From: an uncultured Gemmatimonadaceae bacterium
Lineage (GTDB): Bacteria > Gemmatimonadota > Gemmatimonadetes > Gemmatimonadales > Gemmatimonadaceae
Direction: 5' to 3'
Assembly (NCBI GenBank): GCA_963761305.1
Contig: CAVXGK010000001.1
Coordinates: 608,001-672,000 of the forward strand
Length of the DNA: 64,000 nt
Below, piece by piece: positions 32,004 through 43,400 of the stretch. Every line of letters starts with the position of its first letter. Positions within the stretch are counted from its first letter, which is position 1. The notes beneath the pieces are model-generated. The model did no database searches. It saw only the letters and a list, made by a program, of their open reading frames with translations, and had not been told where the DNA came from. Made by a program: the position numbers and the translations under genes.

Positions 32004-32507
32004 CGCCAATTCGTCGATTCCAGATTTCAACTCGCCACTGCTCGCGGTGAGTCCGGCCTCGCTCGGATTTCACTCATTGCGGCGCGAAATCAGATCGCAC
32101 TGGCGTGGCGCGCGCGCAACACCACGCCGTTTTTTTCGCCACCGCACGACAGTCAGTCGTCGCCGCCTCGAGCTCAGCTTTCGACGGATCGCATTCAGTC
32201 GCCAACGGACCGACGTCATTCGACGCAGGATCGCTCTCAGCCCGTCTCTCCCCGCCCTCCGTGTACGACAGCGCGTGGAACTGCCGTCAACTCCCGGCCG
32301 CAATCCACATTTCAACACCGAAAGGCGCGACGAACGCGAGTCGGGCGAGCGATGCCCTCCGTGGTGTCGGCTCATATCGGTGCTCGGGGCTCAACGCCTC
32401 CTCGATCGCTCGCGCAAGACCGCCGAAAAACGGCTCACGACCGTGCAAAGCCAGCGCCGCACGAGCCAAAGTCCGCGCCGACGCGCCACGAGTCATCAAC
32501 GGACCGA
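32004..32507. repeat. Highly degenerate 21-nt tandem periodic tract (24 units)
   Basis: Units such as GCTCAGCTTTCGACGGATCGC / ATTCAGTCGCCAACGGACCGA / CGTCATTCGACGCAGGATCGC. 16 of 24 units end in an Arg codon in one frame. Confidence 0.65.
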
Positions 32508-32641
32508 GGTAAATGCAACAAGTGTTGCGGAGACGCAGCAAAGGAACGAACTCAGTGAGCTAACGACCGAACTCAGAGACCAAAAGAAAAACTCAGTCGT
32601 CAAGCGACCGAGCTGCGGGTCCTCCGACCACCGCGGCAGTG

Positions 32642-33133
32642 CTAGTCAGGGCCCGGATGCGGCAATTCCCTATGGTCGGCCGGCGGTTCCTCGCGCGCGA
32701 CGTCCAGTTGGTGCTCACCCACGCGCCGCCGCGACGTCCGGTGAGCCTCCGCCCGGACGCGCACCTCCTCGAACTGCCGTTGAAGAGCCACCAACTCGTC
32801 ATCGCTCAACCCTTCCATGTGCACCAACTCGTTCCGAGCCTGGCGAACGGCGCGAAGCAGCTCGTCGAGCTTGAGCTGCGTCACCTGCGAATCACGGTTC
32901 TGAGTGTTCTGAATCACGAACACCATCAGAAAGGTCATGATGGTGGTTCCGGTGTTGATCAGCAGTTGCCAGGCGTTCGAGAAGTGGAAGATCGGCCCGG
33001 CGATTCCCCACGCGACGACCAGCAACAGCGCGGACGCGAACGCCCACGGCGCACCGACCGCGCGCGAGATGCCCTGCGAGAATCGCCGGAACCAGTCGAA
33101 GCGTGGCGAAAGAATCGTCTGCGAATCGCTCAT
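32642..33133 (-). CDS. Low-affinity iron permease (Fet4) family small membrane protein
   Basis: GPIFHFSNAWQLLINTGTTIMTFLMVFVIQNTQNRD...QLKLDELLRA. Confidence 0.9.
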   Translation of the reverse strand: MSDSQTILSPRFDWFRRFSQGISRAVGAPWAFASALLLVVAWGIAGPIFHFSNAWQLLINTGTTIMTFLMVFVIQNTQNRDSQVTQLKLDELLRAVRQARNELVHMEGLSDDELVALQRQFEEVRVRAEAHRTSRRRVGEHQLDVAREEPPADHRELPHPGPD

Positions 33134-33177
33134 GGTCGACGTACTGTGCAAGGATCGTTCGACCCGCCCCGCCCGCG

Positions 33178-33684
33178 TCACTCGGCGAGCGGCCTCGTCT
33201 CTACGGTCACGACCCGCGGCGCGTGCCCCGTCTCCTCGAGAAAGCGCTCGATGCCGGCGCGCTCCATGACGATCGTTTCGGTGTTCACCAGCGGATGGCA
33301 TCGCCACCGAGTCGCGGCCCATACGTCGCGGTCGACGAACAGCTCGACGCCGTGCGCCGTGTCGTTCGCCAGGCCGAACACCGTCACCGAGCCGGGCTCG
33401 ACGCCCAAATGTCGCATCAAACGGTCGGGCGAGCCGAAGCTGAGATGATCGGCGCCGGCAGCGTCCGCGAAGCGTTTGACGTCCACCGCCTTCGCGCACG
33501 TCGTCACGAGCAACAGGTGCCGGCGACCGCGCTTGTCGCGCAGGAACAGGTTCTTCGTCTGTACGGCGTCGCTCGCCGGGATCGCGGCCTCGGCTTCGTC
33601 GCACGTGTGCACGGGCGCGTGGATGTGGCGCTCGTACACGAGTCCGAGCCGATCGAACATCGCGCACAGCTCGTCCGGCGTCAT
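33178..33684 (-). CDS. Prolyl-tRNA editing protein (ProX/YbaK family)
   Basis: H.PVHT, TKNLFLRDK, LSFGS, LGVEPGSVTVFGL.ND, HPLVNT. Confidence 0.9.
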   Translation of the reverse strand: MTPDELCAMFDRLGLVYERHIHAPVHTCDEAEAAIPASDAVQTKNLFLRDKRGRRHLLLVTTCAKAVDVKRFADAAGADHLSFGSPDRLMRHLGVEPGSVTVFGLANDTAHGVELFVDRDVWAATRWRCHPLVNTETIVMERAGIERFLEETGHAPRVVTVETRPLAE

Positions 33685-34940
33685 CACGAGACCGCCCGCG
33701 CCGCGGCCGGCGTTTCGGTCCGCATCGGGCCGAGCGCGATCACCAGAGCGATCGTCGTCAATGCCGCCACGAACGTGACGACGCCGGGCCAAGCCCAGCG
33801 ATCCCAGAACACGCCGCCCGCCGATCCGGCGACGCTAGACCCGATGTAGTAGAAGAACAAGTAGAGCGCCGCCGCCTGCGCCTTGGCGTGGCTCGCGCGC
33901 AGTCCCACCCAACTGCTCGCCACCGAGTGGCCGCCGAAGAATCCGAACGTGACGACCGCGACGCCGGCGATCACGAACGCCAGCGGACGCGTGACGGTTA
34001 GCGCGACGCCGACCAGCATCACCGCCGCCATCCGCGCGAGCATCGTGCTTCGGCCGACGCGATCGGCGCGTGATCCGATCCACGCCGACGCGAAGATGCC
34101 GACCAGATACACGATGAAGATGAACCCGACGGCGGCTTGACTCAGCGAATACGGCTCGCGCAGCAGATGATACGCGACGTAGTTGTAGGTCGTGACGAAG
34201 GCGCCGGAGAACAGAAAACCCAGGGCATACAGCGGAACGAGCCGAGGGTCGCGAAGCTGTTCCCAGAACGTGAGCGACAGCGCGCCGACTCGCAGTGGCC
34301 GTGGTTTGAAGTGCCGCGACGGTGGAAGGCTTCGCCATGCGACGACGGCCGCGACGACGCCCAGAAATCCGATCGCGGCGAGCGCCCAGCGCCACGAGAG
34401 AGCGTCGGTGACGAGCCCCGTGAGCAACCGACCGATCATGCCGCCGAGTCCGTTGCCGCCAACGGCCAGCCCCATGGCCAGCCCGATCGAGTTCGGATGC
34501 ACTTCCTCGCTCAGATACGCCATGGAGAGTGCCGGCAACCCGGCGAACGAGATGCCCGCCAGCGCGCGAAGCAGGAGCAACACGCTCCACCGTGTGGCGA
34601 ACGCGCACCCGATCGTGAGCAGCGCCGAGGCGAGCAGCGACGCGAGCATCAGTGGTACCCGGCCGCGCGCTTCGGAAAACGCGCCGGCGATGATCAACGA
34701 CGGCGCCAGGAAACCCGTCGTCAGCGACAGCGGCAGACTGCTCGCCGCGGCGCTGACGTGGAAATCGCGCGCGAACACCGGCATCAACGGCTGCACGCAA
34801 TACAGCAGCGCGAACGTCGCGAAGCCGGCGGAGAACAGCGCGAGCGTCGTGCGGCGAAACTCCGGTTGTCCGTGCCGAATCAGTTGCGGCGGCGCGGGGA
34901 CCGGGCTCGCTGACGGGGCGGGCGTGGCGGAGGGGAGCAC
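33684..34940 (-). CDS. MFS transporter, YnfM-like
   Basis: GFATFALLYCVQPLMP, MAYLSEEV, GGMIGR, HSVASSWVG; 12 TM. Confidence 0.9.
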   Translation of the reverse strand: MLPSATPAPSASPVPAPPQLIRHGQPEFRRTTLALFSAGFATFALLYCVQPLMPVFARDFHVSAAASSLPLSLTTGFLAPSLIIAGAFSEARGRVPLMLASLLASALLTIGCAFATRWSVLLLLRALAGISFAGLPALSMAYLSEEVHPNSIGLAMGLAVGGNGLGGMIGRLLTGLVTDALSWRWALAAIGFLGVVAAVVAWRSLPPSRHFKPRPLRVGALSLTFWEQLRDPRLVPLYALGFLFSGAFVTTYNYVAYHLLREPYSLSQAAVGFIFIVYLVGIFASAWIGSRADRVGRSTMLARMAAVMLVGVALTVTRPLAFVIAGVAVVTFGFFGGHSVASSWVGLRASHAKAQAAALYLFFYYIGSSVAGSAGGVFWDRWAWPGVVTFVAALTTIALVIALGPMRTETPAAARAVS

Positions 34941-34986
34941 GACGTGAAACTAAGTCGTCGTGCTCCCTCCGCTGCGACCGTCGTGG

Positions 34987-37503
34987 CTACTCGGCCCCGC
35001 CGCCGCCTGTCGCCATGCGGATCTGCGCCATCCGCTCCGGCGACGCCGAGAACAGACCCTCGGGGAAATGCCGGTACTGGAGCATCTGTCCGTAGATCGT
35101 CGCCTGGTCGTAACGGTTCAGGCCGAGGCCGGCGAGAAATTGCAGCCGCAGGTTGCGGTCGTGGTTGATCTGCGCGTCGGCGAGCCACGGACGGAGCATG
35201 GCTTCGTTGCCGGCGAAGGTCGCGAACAGCTCGGTCGCCGAATTCACACCGATCTCGTGGAGCGACTTCGCGACCTGCGCGTACTGCGGACTGGCCAGAC
35301 GCTGCTCGATGTCGTCGACGTTGATGTGCATCGCGCCCATCTGCCCGACGAGCACGAGGTCGTAGCCGGCGCCGTTGTTCGTGTTGCCGAACACCACGCC
35401 GTTCGGGAACGCCTGGAAGAACGTCGCGATCTCGCTCTTCACCGCTTCCGGGCTGCTCTCGTAGAGCTGCACGAAGAGCGTCACCACGCCCCCCGGATTC
35501 AGGTGATCCTTCACGACGTCGAAGAATTCCTTCGTGTAGAGCGTCGCCGCGCCCTTCACCCACGGATCGAGCGGGTCCGACGTCACGGCGTCGAACTTCT
35601 GCTTCGTCGTGAGAATGAAATGCCGCGCGTCGTCGATTTCGACGTGGACCTTGGGATTCGTGACGACGTTGAAATTGTGCGCGCCGAAGTACTTCGACAC
35701 GACCGCCGGCACCAGCGGCTCGATCTCGGCGATCGTCTCGCTCTGAAGCGCGGGGTCGATGCTCACCGCGCCGGCCGTGACGCCCGCGCCGCACCCGATG
35801 ACCAGCACCGAACTCGGATGCGGCGGCAGCAGCGTCGTCAGATGGCCGAGCATTCGCTGTAGCTTCATGTCCTGCGGCTCGCTCGACGCCTGCACTTTGC
35901 CGGCGTTGTGGTAATTCAGCACGCCGTTCGACAACTGCGACACCGCGACCGACGCGGTCATTCCTTCGCCGACGTAGATGAAGTCATTGGCGTTTTCGAG
36001 GCGCGTCGCGAACCAGCGGCCGTAGCCGACGAGAAGCGGGGGCACCGGGGGCACCGACTTCATGAGCAGCAGCGAAATCGCCGCCGTCGCGACGCCGATC
36101 CAGACTCGCCGCGGCGTGGTCCTGAGCTTCGAGACGCCTTCGACGGCGACCGGCACGAGCGTGATCAGCGCGCTCAGTGCCGCGACGGCGATGAGCAGGC
36201 GCTGGGACGTCCGCGTTCCGAGCCACGCGATGATCAACAAGCTCCCGAACAGCGCGCCGACGATCCCACCGATCGTGTTCGCGGCGTACACGCTGCCGAC
36301 GAGGCGGGCGGGATCCTTGGCGCCGCGACCGACTGCCGCCAACGCGAGCGGGAAGCTCGCACCCCAGAGCACGGCCGCCGGGAACACCGACCACACGCAG
36401 CGCACGAGGTCGATTTGGAACGTCGGCGTCGCGTCGACCGCCAGACCCGGACTGACCGGCCAATACGGAAGGATCACGGTCATCGAGTACGCGGCCCACG
36501 CAATCGCTCCCGTGAGCAGCAGCTGACAGACGCCCAACATCACGCGGGGATGCTTGGTCGTGCGAGCGATCGCCGAACCGCCGGTGCTGCCCAGGCCAAG
36601 GCCGAGCAGGAACGCGGCGAGGATCAACGAGAACGTGTACGTCGTGGCGCCGAGCAAGAGCGAGAGAAGACGCGTCCAAACGGCTTCGGCGGCCAGCGCC
36701 GTCGCGCCCGAAAGCGCAATGGCGGCGTACACCGGCCATGCGCCCGGCGCGACCAGCGGGCTGGACTCGGCCTCATCGGGCGAGGCGTCGTCGGCGCCAC
36801 GGTAGACCGTGGCGCGAGCGAGGGCGAGGCTGGTGAATGCGACCAGCACGTCGATGGCCACAGCGACGTAGGTCGCGACAGCCATGTCAAAAACGCGAAG
36901 CAGATAGAACCCGGCGAGGAGGCAGCCGAGCACCGCGCCGGCGATGTTGCCGCCGTAGAAGAACCCGAGCCAGGCCACGCCCTCGGACGTGGTCTCCACC
37001 CATCGGGCGATCGCCGGAAGCGTGGCGCCCATCAGCAGCGTCGGGGGCAACAGACAGAGCGCGCAGAACAGGCCGCGCACCAGCAGATCGGCCGTTCCGT
37101 GCAGGGCGATCGCGAAGTACAGACCGCCGGCGTACGGAAGACCCCACAACACCAGCAGCCCGAATGCGGCGATCGCCAACTCGAGAATCGCGTAGACGCG
37201 CAGCGGGTGTTGTCGTCGCGAGACGAACTTGGCCAGGTACAGACTGCCGATGCACATGCCGCCCATGAACGTGCCTAGCAGCACACCGAGCGACACCGCC
37301 GACGATCCGATGATGAGGCTCAGGAGCTGAAACCAGACGATCTCGTAGATCAACGCCGCGCACCCGCTCCCGATGAACAGGAGGACGACGAGCGGCAGCA
37401 GGCGATTGGCGACTGGCGACCCGCTCCCGACATCCCCGGCCGAGGCTTGGCCAGGACCGGTGTAGGACGCGCGACGCTGTTGTTGTTTGGTGGATGACGA
37501 CAC
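34987..37503 (-). CDS. Fused membrane domain / spermidine synthase-like protein
   Basis: SGCAALIYEIVW repeated TM units; VLVIGCGAGVT, AEIEP, DDARHF, FDAVTSDP. Start uncertain. Confidence 0.85.
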   Translation of the reverse strand: MSSSTKQQQRRASYTGPGQASAGDVGSGSPVANRLLPLVVLLFIGSGCAALIYEIVWFQLLSLIIGSSAVSLGVLLGTFMGGMCIGSLYLAKFVSRRQHPLRVYAILELAIAAFGLLVLWGLPYAGGLYFAIALHGTADLLVRGLFCALCLLPPTLLMGATLPAIARWVETTSEGVAWLGFFYGGNIAGAVLGCLLAGFYLLRVFDMAVATYVAVAIDVLVAFTSLALARATVYRGADDASPDEAESSPLVAPGAWPVYAAIALSGATALAAEAVWTRLLSLLLGATTYTFSLILAAFLLGLGLGSTGGSAIARTTKHPRVMLGVCQLLLTGAIAWAAYSMTVILPYWPVSPGLAVDATPTFQIDLVRCVWSVFPAAVLWGASFPLALAAVGRGAKDPARLVGSVYAANTIGGIVGALFGSLLIIAWLGTRTSQRLLIAVAALSALITLVPVAVEGVSKLRTTPRRVWIGVATAAISLLLMKSVPPVPPLLVGYGRWFATRLENANDFIYVGEGMTASVAVSQLSNGVLNYHNAGKVQASSEPQDMKLQRMLGHLTTLLPPHPSSVLVIGCGAGVTAGAVSIDPALQSETIAEIEPLVPAVVSKYFGAHNFNVVTNPKVHVEIDDARHFILTTKQKFDAVTSDPLDPWVKGAATLYTKEFFDVVKDHLNPGGVVTLFVQLYESSPEAVKSEIATFFQAFPNGVVFGNTNNGAGYDLVLVGQMGAMHINVDDIEQRLASPQYAQVAKSLHEIGVNSATELFATFAGNEAMLRPWLADAQINHDRNLRLQFLAGLGLNRYDQATIYGQMLQYRHFPEGLFSASPERMAQIRMATGGGGAE

Positions 37504-37774
37504 GGCGGGAATAGCTCGGAAAAGGGAGAGGAGCCGGCCTTCGGAACTGGCTGCGGCCAGAACCGTTACGCGGTCGGCAGACCCTATGTTGGCAGCGTGC
37601 GCGACGTCAGTCCAGTTGTCGCGCGCCGGGACGACGCAAGGGCCCACAACGGGTGCCGGGTCGCCTGACAAAAAATAGCGTCGGGCGTGAGGACTCGAGG
37701 GCCTCACACCCGACGCTGCGAATCGTTCGGAATCGGAGTCGGCGCCGGCGTTTGAGCCGGCGCGGCCGAGCGAA

Positions 37775-37954
37775 TTAGTTGTTCAATTCGTTGTCGTCCG
37801 CGTCGAAACTGGGCTGCGACCCATCGTCGCGACGTGCGTAGTTCGAACCGGCCTGGGCCGTGTGCTGTTGACGGGTGTGGCGGTCGAGCTGCTCACGCGA
37901 ATCGAAATGCGCGCCGCATTGGTGGCACTCGAAATCCTGATCGTTCTGGGCCAT
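37775..37954 (-). CDS. Small C2H2 zinc-finger protein
   Basis: FECHQCGAHFDSREQLDRHTRQQH; GAGG RBS before ATG 37954. Confidence 0.75.
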   Translation of the reverse strand: MAQNDQDFECHQCGAHFDSREQLDRHTRQQHTAQAGSNYARRDDGSQPSFDADDNELNN

Positions 37955-38113
37955 GTGCGTGTCCTCGCGGTTGGGGCCGGCCCACACGCGTCGCTCGACG
38001 CGGCGACGCCGCGCCACGTCGCACGCGGTTCGCACGCGGTGTGCCGGACAAACCAACTCGCCCCGGCAATTCGATGCCGGGGCGAGCGGTTGTCACCAAG
38101 ACGGGTGCGCGTC

Positions 38114-39007
38114 CTATCGCTGAACGATGATCAGATACTTCGACGTCGCCCAGAACTTGTCGGCTTCCGCGATCTCGAGCGGCCCGTGGAACTTGGCGCC
38201 GTCGCGCGCCGCGACCTTGGCGTCGTCGAGGCTCTGGCGCGACACGATCTGATATTCGCGCGTCGAATCCGGAAGCGAGATCGAATGCACCGCGCGCGTG
38301 TCGATCGGCGTGAAATCCGTTGGCTTGAGATCGCGGGCCGGCACCAGCGTGCGGCCGAAGCGATGGACCAACAAGTTCGTGCCGCCCTCGCGCGTGATCA
38401 CGCCCTTCTGCAGCAGCTCGTCCTCCGTGCCGACCACATAGTAGGCCTTGGCCGACTCGGTGCGAACCGTCTCGAGATCCTTCCCGAGCTGGTCGATGCG
38501 GCCCTGCAGGAGCACGATCGTCTGCGCCTGCTGGTCGACGCTCGTCATCAGATCGGCGATGTGCTTCACGTCGCCCGCGATCGAATCACGGAGCGCGCGA
38601 TTCTCGTCGGTGAGCTTGCCGTTGGCGGCGAGCAGCTGCTCGTGTTGATGCTTCAGCTCAGTGACCTGGCGCGCCGTGGCGCGCGCCCGTTCGACGAGCG
38701 CGTCGACGCGGCGCAGCATGTCCTTGCGCGCGCGCAGCTGATCCTGGATGCCGCTCTCGGACGTCTTCTTGTTCGAGCTCGCGCTGAGACCCTTCACGCG
38801 CGAGATCGAGCTGTCGATGCGGCCGATGAACAGATTCGCGTCGGCCAGCGTCTGCGACACCGAGTCGCGCTCGGCGGACAGCTTGCCGAGGAGCGCGCGC
38901 TGCTGCGAGACGAGCGCGGTCGCGCTGTCGGCGCGGACGCGTTCGTGCGTGTCGGTGCACGCGGTGGCGAGAAGAACGAGCGAGGGAACAAGAAGGCGGT
39001 TGCGCAT
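38114..39007 (-). CDS. Coiled-coil lipoprotein with globular C-terminal domain
   Basis: LATAC lipobox, long heptad region, AYYVVGT..EL..KG...GG and FW..SKYLII C-terminal motif. Confidence 0.75.
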   Translation of the reverse strand: MRNRLLVPSLVLLATACTDTHERVRADSATALVSQQRALLGKLSAERDSVSQTLADANLFIGRIDSSISRVKGLSASSNKKTSESGIQDQLRARKDMLRRVDALVERARATARQVTELKHQHEQLLAANGKLTDENRALRDSIAGDVKHIADLMTSVDQQAQTIVLLQGRIDQLGKDLETVRTESAKAYYVVGTEDELLQKGVITREGGTNLLVHRFGRTLVPARDLKPTDFTPIDTRAVHSISLPDSTREYQIVSRQSLDDAKVAARDGAKFHGPLEIAEADKFWATSKYLIIVQR

Positions 39008-39160
39008 GAGAATCACACTCGGGTAAACGGCCGCGCGTCCATCGCGCGACCCGAATGAAAGGTGCCCTCGCCGGCCCTCAAACGTGTAGGGCGAGCGGCA
39101 CACCGCCTCTGTGACGAAGCGCACACCGGGCGCGCAACATCAGATTGCTGCTGAGTACCC

Positions 39161-40138
39161 TCAGATCGTTTCCAGATCTTCTAAGTACATCGCCAGCGCG
39201 AAATGGCCCGCGAAACGGGCCCAGTCCGCCGGCGTCGCCTCGTGGTCGGCGTCCTTGACCCGGGGATTCGCGCCGGCGGCGAGCAGCGCGTCGACGACGT
39301 CGCGCGCGTTGCACTTCGCCGCGTAGTGGAGCGGCCGGTCGCCCTGCGGCCCGCAGGACACGTCGACGTCCACGCCCTGCACGATGAGAAAGCTCACCGT
39401 CGCCAGATTGGCCAGCGCCGCCGCGGTGTGCAGCGGCGTTTCGCCGTAGCCGCTCGCCGGATTGAGCCCGTCGCGTCGGGCGCCGAGGATGTCGGCGCGG
39501 CGGGCCGACAGCGCGAGCAGCGCGTCGACGTCGTCGAGGGCGGCGAAGAGCCACGCGTCCGCCTCGCCGCTCCGCTCCATGAGGAATCTTGCAATCGGGC
39601 GCCGTGTGCGGCGTCCGTAGGCCGCGCTGCGGGCCGCCGAGGCGCCGTATTTGTTGAGCGCGTCGAGGTCGGCGCCGTGCGCGACGAGAAAAGCCGCCAC
39701 CTCCACCGTCGCCGCAAAGTGCAGCGGCGGCGCCTGGTTCGCCCGCCGCTCGCGCACCACGCCCGGATCCCGCGCGACGATCTCCGACAACCGCGCGAGG
39801 TCGCCGAGCGCCGCGGCTTCCCACGCGTCCACCTGCGCGCCGTGCGACCGTAGCAGGTCGACCAGCTCGCGCGATTCGCGCCCCGCGGCGAGGAGCATCG
39901 GCGTCCAGCCGTCGTACATGTCGCTCGGATGATTCGGGTCGGCGCCGGCTTCGAGCAGCAGCGACGCGACGTCGGTGCGTCCGTTCTCCACCGCCACGTG
40001 CAGCGCCGTCGGCTCGCCGCCCCAGATCGGGTGCGGCCCGGTCACCCGCGCCAACTCCGGCGAACGCGCCAGCACCCGAGCGGCCGCCGCGCGGTCTCCC
40101 GCGCGCGAGGCGTCGAAGAGTTCGTCGAGCGATTTCAC
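39161..40138 (-). CDS. Ankyrin repeat protein
   Basis: TALHVA, GADPN, GWTP, TPLHTAA, PLHYAA repeats; GGAGG RBS before GTG. Confidence 0.9.
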   Translation of the reverse strand: MKSLDELFDASRAGDRAAAARVLARSPELARVTGPHPIWGGEPTALHVAVENGRTDVASLLLEAGADPNHPSDMYDGWTPMLLAAGRESRELVDLLRSHGAQVDAWEAAALGDLARLSEIVARDPGVVRERRANQAPPLHFAATVEVAAFLVAHGADLDALNKYGASAARSAAYGRRTRRPIARFLMERSGEADAWLFAALDDVDALLALSARRADILGARRDGLNPASGYGETPLHTAAALANLATVSFLIVQGVDVDVSCGPQGDRPLHYAAKCNARDVVDALLAAGANPRVKDADHEATPADWARFAGHFALAMYLEDLETI

Positions 40139-40404
40139 GTGTGCCTCCCCTGTTCCGTCACTCGCCCACGCCGAATGCCCCCGACAGTCGACGGCTAACG
40201 TACGATCGCCTTGGACGCGCCGCCATGCGGCTGTGTTCGCCCCTAGATTGCTCGCCGCGAATCCAACGACGTCCCGTCGCGCCGCCGGTAAACCTTCGCC
40301 CCATCCCGCGAGACTAAGCCCAGGAGCCGGTGAAGGATGCTGGGCCGGCAGACGTTGGAATTCGCCAGGCTGTCCCACCACCCTACTCCAGCCCGAGTTT
40401 CGCC

Positions 40405-43400
40405 GTGAGTTTTCGACGTAGCATCATCGCCGCTCTGGCGATGGCGGTCGTTGTCCTCGTGCGTCCCCACATCGCCGCCGCGCAGACCGACGTCGTTCGC
40501 GGCCGTATCATCGGTCCCGACAGCCTCCCGGTCGAGCGCGCGACGATCACCGTCACCTCGCTGACCGGCAACGTCACACGCAGCGCGCGGACCGACAAGA
40601 ACGGCCGCTACACAGTCACCTTTCCCGGCGACGAGGGCGACTATTTCGTCAACGTCGCCGCGCTCGGTTTCGCCGGGCGCCGATTCGAGATCAAGCGGAC
40701 GGGCGATCAGGAGATTTTGATCGCCGACGCCAAGCTTCAGCGAGTCGCCGAGCGGCTCGACGCGGTCAAGGTCAACGCCGACCGGCAACGCGTCGGACGC
40801 AACGACGTGCCCGACATCAGCGGCAGCGAACGCTCCGCGTCAGCGGCGAACGTGTCCGCCGATCAGCTGGGTGATTTGGCCGCCCTCGCCGCCTCGCTTC
40901 CCGGCGTGCAGCTGATTCCCGGCGCCGACGGCAATCCAAACGGGTTCTCCGTGCTCGGCCTCACGCCGGACCAGAATGCGACCACGCTGAATGGGATGAA
41001 CTTCGGCGGATCGAATCTGCCGCGCGACGCGAACGTCAGCACCTCGCTCGTCACGTCGCCGTACGACGTCTCGCGCGGGAACTTCAGCGGCGGCTTGCTC
41101 AATGTTCGGTCGCGTCCCGGCTCGAACTACATCATTCGTACGTCGAGCCTCAACTTCGACGCGCCGCAGATGCAGTGGACGGATCCCGCGGGGCGGCAAC
41201 TCGGCCAGCAGTATCACAACATCTCGGCCGGCGGTCTGTTTTCGGGACCGCTCGAGACCGACAAGTCGTTCTTCTCGATCGCCTATCAGGCCGGGCGGCG
41301 GTCGTCCGACCTTCAGAGCTTGCTCAACACCGACGCCCTCGGGCTTCGCGCCGTCGGGGTCGCGGAAGATTCGGTTCGCAATCTGTTGAACATCCTCGGA
41401 CAGGATCACGTGCCGCCGACCATCGGCGGCGTGCCGGGCGCCCGGCTCAACGACCAAGCGCTCGTCTTCGGCACGTTCGACTGGGCGCCGCCGTCGTCCA
41501 CGACCGGCCAGGCGGTGAACATCACCTTCAACGGCTCGTGGAATCGCCAGGATCCGTCGGGCCTGTCGAGCACCGAGCTCCCGTCCCACGGCGGTGAGCG
41601 CGAGAACTGGTACGGCGGGGTTCAGGCGAAGCACTCGGGCTATTTCGGCTTCGGCGTGCTGAGCGAGACGCAAATCGGCATCAACCGTCTGCGCTTCTAC
41701 GGGAATCCGTTCGTCGACCTGCCCAACGCGTCGGTCCGCGTGACGTCGATGTTCGACGACGGCACGTCGGGCGTGCAGAACCTGTCCTTCGGCGGCAACC
41801 CGACGATGAACGTCAACATGACCACCACGACGGCGCAGGCGATGAACACGCTGTCGTGGTTCAGCGAGAACAACAAGCATCGGCTGAAATTCACGACCGA
41901 GTTGCGGCACGACGAGTACGAGCAGGATCTCAGCACCAACGAGCTCGGCACGTTCAGCTTCAACTCGCTGAGCGATCTCGCCGCCGGGACGCCGGCGTCT
42001 TTCACGCGCCAACTCACGCCGCGCGCGCGCAGCGACGGACAATATGTGCTGGGCACGTCGCTCGGCGATTCATATCGTCCGACCGACGATCTCCAAGTCC
42101 AGTATGGCGTTCGCCTCGACGGCAACCGGTTCGGGTCGACGCCCGAATTCAACCCGGCGGTCGAGCAGGCATTCGGCCTTCGCAACGACTACGTGCCGAG
42201 CAAGATTTACGCGAGCCCGCGCGTCGGCTTCTCGTGGACGTACGGCACGGCGCCGCAGGTCGCCGCGTTCCAGGGTGCGGCGCGCGGCCCGCGCGCGGTG
42301 ATTCGCGGCGGCGTCGGTCTCTTTCAGAACACGCCGAACGCGCAGTCGATCGGCACGGCGCTCGACAACACCGGGCTCCCGTCGGCGGTGCAGCAGCTCG
42401 CCTGCGTCGGCATCGCGACGCCGACGCCGGACTGGCTCGCCTACGCGACGAGTATCGGCTCGATTCCCACGCAGTGCGCGGACGGCACGACGGGGACCGT
42501 GTTCGCCAGCACGGCGCCGAACGTCGCGCTGTTCGACAAGAGCTACTCGGCGCCCAAGGCCCTCCGCTCGAACCTGCAGTGGAACGGCTCGATTCTCGAC
42601 AACATGTTCCTCGCCTCGGTCGACGCGACGTACTCGTTGAACCTCGACCAGCCGAGCACGTTCGACCTGAACTTCAATCCGGTGGAGCAGTTCGCGCTGG
42701 CCAACGAGGGTGGCCGGCCGGTGTACGCGCGCACGTCCGGCATCGTGCCGATCAGCGGCGCCATCGCCGCGGGCGAGTCGCGCCTGGATCCCGCGTTCAC
42801 GCACGTGAGCGAGCTGCGCTCCGACATGGAGTCGGACGCGCGCCAGCTCACCTTCCAGCTCCGGCCGTCGTCGTTCAACTCGAACTATTCGTGGAGCCTG
42901 TCGTACGTGTACGCGAACGCGCGCGATCGTGTGCGCGGCTTCTCGAACACGGACGGCGATCCGCGCACCGCATCGTGGGCGCGGTCGAGCTTCGACTCAC
43001 GCCACCAGATCGTCTACGGCCTGACCTACAACGCGTTCGATTTCATTCGCCTGTCGTGGAACGGCTCGTTCCGGTCTGGCACGCCGTACACGCCGCTCGT
43101 CAGCGGTGACATCAACGGCGACGGCTACTCCAACGATCGCGCATTCATCTTCGACCCGACCAAAACGGCCGACACCGCGCTCGCCGCGGGCATGCGTACG
43201 CTCCTCGCGACCGGCTCGCGCTCGGCGCGCGACTGCCTCCTGAGTCAGTTGAACACCGTGGCCGGACGCAACACCTGCCAGGGTCCGTGGACGTCGACCG
43301 CGTTCCTCAATTTCTCGTTCAACCCGGCCAAGGTGCGCATGCCGCAGCGCGCCAACATCTCCTTCCAGATCTCGAATCCGCTGGCCGCGGCCGACGTGAT

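Noticed and set aside
31221..32874. Long plus-strand ORFs (445, 353 and 135 aa) as real genes
   Set aside because: No recognisable domains, two overlap real genes, and composition is atypical. Reported as a periodic tract instead; coding status is unresolved.
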